Below are positions 37,286-46,481 of a stretch of 64,000 nt of DNA, piece after piece. Position 1 is the first letter of the stretch. Every line of letters begins with the position of its first letter. The translations under genes and the position numbers were made by a program. The notes under the pieces were generated by a model. That model searched no databases. It saw only the letters and a list, made by a program, of their open reading frames with translations, and was not told the origin of the DNA. This DNA is from Mobula hypostoma. Lineage: Eukaryota. The stretch covers positions 3,784,001-3,848,000 of the forward strand of contig NC_086109.1 of assembly GCF_963921235.1 (NCBI RefSeq). Reading direction: 5' to 3'.

Positions 37286-37734
37286 TATCCCATTGTAAAA
37301 CACTTTGAACTGCATCGTCTGTATGAAAAGTGTTCTATAAATAAAATTATTATTATTATTATTATTATTATTACTACTATTATTACTATTTTCATCTCCC
37401 AGCTCAAGCTGGTAAAACCTGAGATACGGGCATATCCAAGCAAACTCATTCCTCAATTGCTAGGAACTTTCAGGCGATTCTAGTGGTGTTTAGTATTGTG
37501 GCTTCTGGAGGTTTACATAGATATCGCTGTGTGGGCCTAATTGTTTAATGCTATTGTGTTGTGATTTTGGGATGATACCAGTTGTAGATACCTGTTCATG
37601 TTCCATAGTCTTTCAATTTCCTCTTTTGATTCAGCATATTTACGGAGTTGATTTCTGTAAGTTATGTGTGATTGAAATGGCTATATCTGTTAAGTAAGTT
37701 GCTCTTGCTTGTTTATCCTGTAATATTATATCCA

Positions 37735-38266
37735 TGAAGCCCATGAGCGCAAGTTAACCAAGTATGCAAGAATTAAGATCAGAGTGCAGAGACGGAGGGT
37801 GGAAGGGCTCATGCTATCCATTCGAAGTAGGCTGCCGTGGGTTTATTGCGTTCACTCTTCAGAAGTAGCTGCGTGACCTTGGCTTCACTAGAAGAGAGAT
37901 CAAGTCAACCAGCAGGGCTGTAGCTGAGGCAGCAGAGAAAGGATCAGCATGGGTGTGGACCAAGTACGTCCAGAGGGGCAGATAGTCAGACAGTGTATAC
38001 ATATCTTGCAAACCCTTCAGTAGAGACACCTAGAGAGTAGACTATCTGTTGGATGGAAGTGACCAACAACTCTGATAGAGGCAGATGCCAAGTTTTTAAG
38101 CTCACCAGTGGGAGGTGGTGCTTTAGCACTGCTGGCCCACCACCTCGAGGGAGTCTTGATCATAAGCGGGCCAAAACTCCTGAAGACAGGTGGCAGATCA
38201 ACTGATGATCCCGCTGGTGATAGCACAGGACAGTTAACATCTTAGTCCATGTGTATTTTGTAACTC
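37735..38266 (+). mobile_element. HERO-like RLE non-LTR retrotransposon 3' end with 9-bp TSD
   Basis: EAHERKLTKYA/ELRSECRDGGWKGSCYPFEVGCRGFIAFTLQK*LRDLG...AVAEAAEKGSAWVWTK, stop at 37983-37985; TSD TTATATCCA at 37726-37734 and 38267-38275. Confidence 0.82.
38140..38215 (+). ncRNA. Candidate non-circularly permuted hammerhead ribozyme in the HERO 3' UTR (G12>A in this copy)
   Basis: GGAGTC|TTGATC, then AGCGGG-CC-(G>A)AAACTCC, then GATCAA-CTGATGA-T-CCCGCT; helices I, II and III each form 5-6 bp. Confidence 0.7.
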
Positions 38267-38878
38267 TTATATCCAGATGGTTGTTATGGATTGTCATATC
38301 TGTAATAACGGATCAGTCATAATATAATTTGTGGGACTCAAAAACTGGATTAGGCTTGTATTTATCGTAAGGTATGGTTTCTCATATGAGTTTGTATTTT
38401 AAAGCAAGTTTTTGGTGAATGATATTTGCCACTTAACGGTTATCAATAATTATTATGATCTTGTTCCTCCCTGATGGTAGTAATGAGAATTTTCCACTTT
38501 CCTACAGAGTTGTCCATTTACCGGATATTTCCCCACTCACTAGACCGTGCCCTCTGGGCAACTGGTTTTCCTGTCTTGGTGACATCAACCAAATCAGCAA
38601 TTGTATCATTGGTGCATTTACCCCACTCATTTGTAGAATTGTACACATGGTGGGTGAACGGAGAGCCCAGCAGCACAGCCTCTGAGTGAGGAGCCACTCT
38701 TCTAAGCTCAGCTGCTCACCGGGCCAACTTGCAATCCTTATCAGAAATATATTTACCATCAGGAGTTTCCAAATAGAACGGAGCAGAAGAAATTGAAAAA
38801 CCCCAGCAAGGCATTTTGATCCCTATATCTGTTTATTGCGTGTCCACATTGAATCAGAATCAGAATCAGGTTTAATAT

Positions 38879-39395
38879 GTGTTCATCCATCATCAATGTC
38901 GATGAGGACTTTCACACTATTATGATGGTGTCGAGACTAGCGCGTGATTTGGATTTAAGTGAGGGAGAGTTGCGTAGCGTCAGCCTCACTCTCTCTTCCC
39001 AATTCCCATCTGGATCCAGTGGCAAGACAGAGTCGAGACGACTGGAGATGGGACTAGGCACAGTGGATGACCAGGACGTCTTCTGTGTCTTGTCCTGCTC
39101 TACACATTCCACGACGCTTGCAGAGACCATCTTCTTGACCGTTGGACCTTCCGTTGGTCTCGTCCACTCAATCTGCTGGAGTCTGTCTTCACATGCCAGG
39201 GTAGACATTTCCCTATCTCACCCAGGGTTTGAGACCCGTCCACTACCCTCACCTGGTTTAACCGGCTTGTCGAAGCCGTTGCCCGGGGTGTGGCCGCTGT
39301 CACATGCAAACAGCTACGGGTGGAGAGCCACAGGTGAGAGCTGAGTGCCAGGTGGGGACCAAAGGCGGACTAACTGCCCTGAAAAGGATGCGACC
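38879..39395 (-). mobile_element. Bipartite non-autonomous RTE element with 10-bp TSD, inserted in a Rex tail
   Basis: TSD GGTTTAATAT at 38869-38878 and 39396-39405. The 3' part (TTGGATTTAAGTGAGGGAG...CAGCCTCACT...TCCAGTGG) and 5' part (GCTCTCACCTGTGGCTC...GGCCACACCCCGG) resemble RTE termini. Confidence 0.72.
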
Positions 39396-40519
39396 GGTTT
39401 AATATAACCGGTATATGTCTGACGTTTGTTCTTATGCAGTAGCAGTACAATGCAATACTTAATAATAAAAACCGTGCAAGGAGAGAAAATACAAGTGGTG
39501 AGGTAGTGGTCACGGGTTCAACGTCCATCCAGAGAGCCGATGGCAGAGGGGAAGAAGCATTGCCTGAATCACTGAGTGTGCGCCTTCAGGCTCCTGTACC
39601 TCTTCCCTGATGGTAGCAGTGAGATGAGGGGACGGGGGTCCTTAATGATGGATGGCACATTTTTGAGGCATCACTCCTTGTAGACATCCTGGACCCTGGG
39701 AAAGCTAGTGCCCATGATGGAGCTGACTGAGTTTACAACTCTCTGCGGCTTATTTCGATCAATCCTGTGCAGTGCCCCCCAACACCCCAATACCAGACGG
39801 TGCTGTCAGTGGGAATGTTCTCCATGGTACATCTGTAGAAATTCGAGAGTGTCTTTAGTGACATACCAAGTCTCCTCAACACTGGAAGAAAGAAGTCAGC
39901 TTCCTCGCAATTTATCCAAAAACAGATTTCACAATCAAGGTGACCTGTCTCATCCGAGCCAAACAACAAAATCAATGCCTATTTTGAAAACTTCTCAGCT
40001 GTCCCCTGAGCCTAATTTGACTTTTATCTCTCTTTAATGTCTTCCTTTCTTATTTATAATGTTTGGCTACGACGTCTGTGAAGATTGGGACTTCATTCCA
40101 CTGTTTTGATGTGGGAGAAACCTTTCTCTCCACTCTGTTCCACACAACAAAAGCAGCCTTTGTTTTAGCTCTCCAGTTTCTGAAAAGCTTTGTAATCCGG
40201 AGGGCGTACTCCCCAGCAGTTTTAATTCACTGATCTCTGGTACCTCCGTTGTAATTTTTTTGTGTGTGTGTTACTGTTGCTTGGCAACTGTTAGTTCAAC
40301 AATGTGGATAAGCAGAATGCTGGCTTCGCAGCAAATTAAGCACAATAGGTTATCTAGCTGCTATTTATCACAGGACTGTCAGGGCCATTTGAATCTCCGG
40401 CAAAGCTTTCCAATGCATCTTCAGCATTTGCAGCTGGCATTACCCCTGCTCTGTGTCTCTGCTTGCCTGTCACCGTGTCTGCTGTTATGTCCGGCACTAA
40501 TACAGCTCTCAGGTTTCAG

Positions 40520-40980
40520 CGCTCGTCAACTACACTGGGGGGACCGCTTCGTCAAGCACCTTTGCACCACCCACCGCAAAAGACAGGCTTTCCCGAGGAA
40601 CATCCATTCCCATTCTGACATGTCGACCTATGGTCTCTTCTACTGCCACAATGAGCCACTCTCAGGTTGGAGAAGCAACACCTCATTTTCCTTCTCAGCA
40701 GCCCCCAACCGGATGGCATGAACATCGATTTCTCGAACTTCTGATAATCTGTCACGTTTCCCCCTTCTCTCTTTTTCCATTCCCCTTCTGGCTCTCTCTC
40801 TTACCAGTTCTCTTCCTACCTGCCAGTCACCTCCTACATCTCTTTCTCCCATGGACCACTCTCCTATCAGATTCCTTCGTCATCGATTGTTTATTCCCCT
40901 CCACAGATGCTGCTTAACCTGCTGAGTTCCTCCAGCACTTTGTGTGTGTTGCCCTGGAACTCCAGCAACTGCAGAATCTC
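40520..40980 (+). mobile_element. Penelope-like element 3' fragment (GIY-YIG C-terminus plus pLTR)
   Basis: GDRFVKHL...HSHSDMS...RLEKQHLIF...GMNIDFSNF; then CACAGATGCTGCTTAACCTGCTGAGTTCCTCCAGCA. Confidence 0.78.
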
Positions 40981-41139
40981 AAGTGTTTATGAATTGGTAA
41001 ATTGGATTACTATTGTTGCATGTACCGAGATACAGTGAAAAAACTTGTCTTGCACACTGTCCAGACAGCAGTTTGTCACACAGTGCGCGAGGTAGTCCAA
41101 GGTAAAGCAATAACAGAATGTAGAATAAAGCGTAACTGT

Positions 41140-41405
41140 GTGACAGTAGCATAGCGGTTAGCAAAACACATTACAGCTCAGTTCAATTCCGACGTCTTCT
41201 CGAAGGAGTTTATACGTCCTCGCTGTGGAATGCATGGGGTTTCTCCAGATGCTCCAGTTTCTTCCCACAGTCCAAAGACGTACTGGCTAGTAGGTAAATT
41301 GGACATTCTAAATTGTCCCGTGATCAGGCTTGGGTTAAATCGGGGATTGCAGGACGGCACAGCTCAAAGGGCTGGAAGGGCCAATTCTGCGGGGTATCTC
41401 GATAA
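41140..41405 (+). mobile_element. V-SINE (HE1-like)
   Basis: AGCGGTTAGC head; TTCCCACAGTCCAAAGACGTAC; tail GCGGGGTATCTC. Confidence 0.8.
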
Positions 41406-41720
41406 ATGAAATGCATAAATAAAAATACAGAGGAAGGGCAGTGTAGTCAGACAGCAAGATGCAAAATCATAACGAGATAGACTGTGTGGTCAACAGTCCA
41501 TCTTATCATGCTAGGGAGCTGTTCAATAGTCTTATAACAGCAGGATGGAAGCTGTTTTTGAGCCTAGTAGTACGTACTTCCAGTTTTTTTAATTTTCTGC
41601 CCGATGGGAGGGAAGGGTGAAGACCGTAAGTCACAGGAGCAGAAGAGGGAATATACAATTTCCTGTACTTTGAGGGTGTTCAGGAAAGTGTGGGCTGAAT
41701 CTGCTGCTCTGTTTTCTCAG

Positions 41721-41872
41721 GTGACTCCGGTGTCCGGTCCACGGGAAGGTGGGACACAGGTGACCATCCAGGGAGTCAACCTGGGCTTGGATTTCCTGGA
41801 TATTGCTAACAGCGTCCGTGTGGCGGGAGTCCAGTGTATCCCACTCTTGAATGGTTATATCATTGCTGAACA
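41721..41872 (+). CDS. PLXNA2: Plexin-A (PLXNA2-like) internal coding exon, first IPT/TIG domain
   Basis: Acceptor gttttctcAG ending at 41720, donor GTAAGT at 41873; 152 nt, phase 0 to 2. Encodes [50 protein letters not shown](Q), continuing in frame from the previous exon. Confidence 0.93.
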
Positions 41873-42142
41873 GTAAGTTTCATCCACCTTTTGTGATGTA
41901 CATATATAAATTAACTTTTTGTTACCTGGTTTAACTCTCCTCCACGTCAAGAACTCTCCAAGATCATTATCCAATGATTGAACCAGGTGTGCTAGGTTAC
42001 TTTTGTGAAGAATTTATTAAGTCAATTTAAACCAAATTAGGGGATTTTACATTAGTTATTCAACTGCATCCAGGCTTAAATAATTCGCTTTTTTAAAATT
42101 AATTATTCAATTATTGATGTAGTCAGATGACAAAGGTAACAA

Positions 42143-42990
42143 AGTTCAAAGTACATTTTATTATCAGAGTACATATCAGTCACCATATACAACCCTGAGA
42201 TTCATTTTCCTGTGGGCATACTCAGCAAATCTATAGAATTGTAACAATAACAGGATCCATGAAAGATCAACCAGAGTGCAGAAGACAACAAACTACAAAT
42301 ACAAATATAAATAAATAGCAATAAGTAACGAGAACATGAGATAATGAGATAACAAGTCCTTACAGTGAGATCATTGGTTGTAGGAACATTTCAATGATAG
42401 GGCAAGTGAGTGCAGTTATCCTCTTTTATTCAAGAGCCTGATGGTTTTAGGGTAGTAACTGCTCTTGAACCTGGTGATGCAAGTGCTAAGTCTCTCGTAC
42501 CTTCTACCTAGTGGTAGCAGCGAGAGGAGAGCATGACACCCGAGTGGTGGGGGTCTCTGATGACGGACGCTGCTCTCCTGTGACAGCGTTCCATACAGAC
42601 GTGCTCAGTGGTTGGGTGGGCTTTACCCGTGACGGACTAGGCCAAATCCACCATCTTTTGTAGAATTTTTCATTCAGTGGCATTAGTGTTTCCATGCCAG
42701 GCTGTGATGCAACCAGTCAATATACTCTCCACCACACACCTATAGAAGTTTGTCAAAGTTTTAGATATCATGCCGAACCTCCACAGATGCCTAGGGAAAT
42801 AGAGGTTCTGCTGTGCTTTTTTTGCAATTGCATTTTGGTGCTGGGTCCAGGACAGATACTCTGAAATAGTAACACCCAGGAATTTAAAGTGGCTATTCCT
42901 CTCCACCTCTGATCTTCTGGCTCATGGACCTCTGGTTTCCCTCTCCTGAAGTCCCTAAGCAGTTCCTTGGTCTTGCTGATAGTTGAACAC
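42143..42990 (-). mobile_element. Rex1/Babar 3' fragment
   Basis: FKFLGVTISEYLSW...KKAQQNLYF...FYRCVVESILTGCITAW. Confidence 0.85.
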
Positions 42991-44024
42991 TTTAGATAGT
43001 TGGATGCAATATTCAAACGTTCTACAAACAGACTTACATGAAATCCATGTCATCTTCCTGCACCATGTTCAGGAATTTTACAGCACTAGAAATGTCCTGT
43101 CAGCAATGTCTGAATGTGGAGACCATCTCAGTCCTTGCTCGAAATGGGCTGAATATTGGTGTTGTCTTGAAGAACCTCCAGCCCCTGGTGACCACGCCCT
43201 TTGGTTTCATTTTGTGCTTGCTCAGACACAAGAACTCAAGCTAAGATCTGAGAAGTAGATGTTTGATGGGAGTTTACTGAGCTGTGTTCTCATAGAGAGC
43301 GAGAGAGACAGAGAGAGAATGCAGAGACAGTCCCGTTGGCTCACAGAGGTCGTGATGACCATCAATCACCCATTCACTCTAACCCTAATCCCACTTCATT
43401 CAACATGAGACAATAAAGCATAGGAGCAGGTAAGGCCATTTGGCCCATTGAATCAGCTCTACTGTTCCATCATGGCTGATTTATTTTCACTATCAACCCC
43501 ACTCTCCTGCCATCTCCCTGTAAGCTTTGCTGCCCCTACTAATCAAGAATCTGTCAACCTCCAGTCCTCCACAGCCTCATATTCTCCCTCACCCCATCAC
43601 CTCCTCACAGATTCTGTCACTCAGCCACACACAAGGGGTAATTTACGGTGCCCAACTAATCTATCAAAACACAGGTCTTTGGGACATGGGCGGAAGCTGG
43701 GGCAGCCAGGGAGCCCATGAGGTGATGGGGCAATGTGTAAACACAAAGCTCTATTGAACTCAAGACAGGGGCAGACAGGAGGAACTCCAGAGATGCTGGA
43801 CTGATTTTCAGTGTGCTCTGGGTGTCAGAGTCACCTGGGTCCCAGCAAACACCCATTCCCATTCAGATTTATTTATCACGTCTACACTGAACCATACAGT
43901 GAGATGCGTCACTGTTGACAAACAACACAACCTGAGGATTTTGCTGGGGGCACCACACATTCCAATATAGCACACCCACAATGTTCAGCAGAACAACAGG
44001 ATGACAACAGCACCGAAACAACCC

Positions 44025-44405
44025 ACTTTCCCACCCTCACACCCAACCCCACACACACACTCTCACACCCAATTCCACATACACACTCCCACCCAATTCC
44101 ACACACACACACCCTCACACCCAATCCACATACACACCCTCACACCCAATCCACACACACACACCCTCACACCCAATCCACACACACACACCCTCACACC
44201 CAATCCACACACATACCCTTACACCCAACTCCACAAACACACACTCCCTCACACCCAACAACACAGACACAAACCTTCACACCCTACTCCACAAACACAC
44301 ATCTTCACACACACACATACATGCACACATACACACACACACCGACATAGGCACATACACGTGCACACACACACACACACACACCCCGACTCACATACGC
44401 ACACC
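44025..44405. repeat. CA-rich compound micro/minisatellite (CACACCCTCACACCCAATCCA units)
   Basis: Directly visible; explains the His/Thr/Pro-rich ORF 44001..44636. Confidence 0.92.
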
Positions 44406-44786
44406 TCCAATCCCAGAATTAGCTGCTTGCTGGCATCCAGTCTTGGCCCTGGACTCTCAGACGATGAGGCAACGAGACTCCACTTCTGTGACGTGTCTTT
44501 ACTCCCTGCCACACTACACCATGCAGCTTATGCTACAATTGTCCAGAAATTTCCCACATTTTTCTCCAAATTCAAATGTCTGGTCAGGAATTCAGGAAAG
44601 AGTTGCGAAGAAATTTTTCCACTCAGGGGTTTGTGAGTCTTTGGAAAATGAAATCCATGGAGACTGAGTTCATTCTTCGAGTTATATAGCACAGAAACAG
44701 GCCCTTCAGCCCATTCATCCATGCTTGCAAAGGTGCCTACCTAGGCTGGTCCCATTTTCCTTCATTTGGCCCATATCCCTCCAAAC

Positions 44787-44864
44787 CAGGAGTTGCCACC
44801 TGGGGTCTACGGACCCCTCAGTTAATAGTAGGGCTCCACGGCGTAAAATGGTTGGGAACCTGTG
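44787..44864. mobile_element. Tiny hAT (Charlie-like) MITE
   Basis: Degenerate CAGG..TT.CC/TTGGGAACC.G termini; 8-bp TSD CTCCAAAC (44779-44786) / CTCTAAAC (44865-44872). Confidence 0.65.
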
Positions 44865-44944
44865 CTCTAAACCTTTCCTATCCATGTACCTGTCCAAATA
44901 AGACAGAAACCAGCCATTTTTTACACATTAAGGGATTCAGCAAA

Positions 44945-45300
44945 TCATAAACACAAGAAATTTTGCGGATGCTTGAAATCCACAGCAACACACAAAAAAA
45001 TGCGGGTGGAACTCAGCAGGTCAAGCAGCATCTTTGTAAATTAATAAACAGTCAACATTTTGGGGCTGAGACCCTTCTTCAGGCCTGGAAAAGAGGGAGG
45101 AAGACACCAGAGTAAAAAGGTGGGGAGAGAGGGAAAGGAAGGCGATAGGTGAAGCTGGAGAAAAGGTCGAGGCTGGAGAAGGAGGGGTTGGATCGGAGAG
45201 GAGTGTTGGACCATAGGAGAAAGGGAAGGAGGAGGGAAGCCAGTGAGAAGTGAACAAGATGGCGGCAAAGAGACAAGCCACCAGGAAGGATATGTGGCTG
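44945..45300 (-). mobile_element. Penelope-like pLTR with degenerate hammerhead
   Basis: Minus strand CCTGAAGAAGGGTCTCAGCCCCAAAATGTTGAC...GATGCTGCTTGACCTGCTGAGTTCC. Confidence 0.75.
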
Positions 45301-45552
45301 TGTTAGCAGGTCTGGGTGAGTTCATGGCCAAAGAGTCGGAGGGCAGCAGAGATCACGAAAGGGAAGCAGTGAGACAGGGTTTCACTGAACCCTGTCAGCA
45401 ATATAGGGTTAGCGCAGCAAAGGGCTCCTAAGGTAAAAGATCACCTACAATCTGACAGAACGGTCTGTCTTGTTCCTCCTCTTCCTGTCCAGATTGAATA
45501 AATGGCGATTTCTGAGGTTATAAGGGTCCTGATTGAAGATGTTTGATTAGGA

Positions 45553-46165
45553 CATAGAATAGTACAGCACAGGAAGAGGCCATTCGGGCCACAACGTTGT
45601 GCTGAACCAGCTAAAAAGCAAATCAAAAACACCCAAACGCGAATCCCTCCTACCTACACCACGTCCATATCCCTCCATCTTCCTCACATCCATGTGCCTG
45701 TCTATACAAACATCTGTTAAAAGCCTCTAATATATTTGCCTCTACCATCATACCAGGCAGATGGGGTCAACCACTCTCTGAGTAAAAAACGTACCTCTCA
45801 TAATCCCGTTGAACCTACCTCTTCTCACCTTCAATGCGTGCCCTCTGGTAATAGACATTTCAACCCTAGGAAACAGATACTCTCTCTGTACTCTATAATT
45901 GCCTCTCACAAACTTGCAAGCCTCTACCAGATCTCCCCTCGGCCTCCGGCACTCCAGAGAAAACATCCCAAGTTTATCCAGCCTCTCGTGATATACCAAC
46001 CCTCTAAACCAGGCAGCATCCTGGTAAACCTCCTCTGTGCCCTCTCCAAACTGGCAACATCCTTCCTATAGTGAGGCAACTAGAACTGTATGCAATACTC
46101 CAGATGTGGCCTAACCAGAGTTTTATAAAGTTTCAACATAACCCCTTGACTTTTGAACTCAATGC
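45553..46165 (-). mobile_element. CR1 3' fragment
   Basis: YHERLDKLGMFSLECRRPRGDLVEACK...FFTQRVV. Confidence 0.82.
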
Positions 46166-46440
46166 TTTAATAAAAGCAAGCAACACAAGGAATTTTTTTT
46201 CACTCTGGGTAGTGACTCTTTGCTCTGAGGGTAATGAATACTTTGCTTCAGTAATTTACCAGGGACCTTGACGTTAGTGAGGTCAGTGTAGAAAAGGCTG
46301 ATGTTAAGGATGTGCTGGAACTTCTAAAAAACGTTAGGATATTTAAGTCCCTGGGGCTAAACGGGATATAACCCAGGTTAGGAGTAGTACCTGTTGGAAT
46401 GGTTGGATATGGTCCATTTGGCGAGAGGGAGGGAGGGAGG

Positions 46441-46481
<41 letters not shown>

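Larger units (their letters stand above)
37345..38455 (-). mobile_element. Dong/R4-clade non-LTR retrotransposon 3' fragment (restriction-like endonuclease), interrupted
   Basis: Minus-strand translation VANIIHQKLALKYKLI*ETIPYDKYKPNPVFESHKLYYD*SVITDMTIHNNHLDI|ILQDKQARATYLTDIAI...KYAESKEEIERLW...STTGIIP; ends in (TAA)n. Confidence 0.8.

Noticed and set aside
41712..41726. Recursive splice site (AG|GTGACT) at the start of the second exon
   Set aside because: +5 is C, giving a weak donor, and the bases are explained by Val-Thr codons.
44001..44636. 211-aa His/Thr/Pro-rich ORF
   Set aside because: Product of a CA-rich simple repeat.
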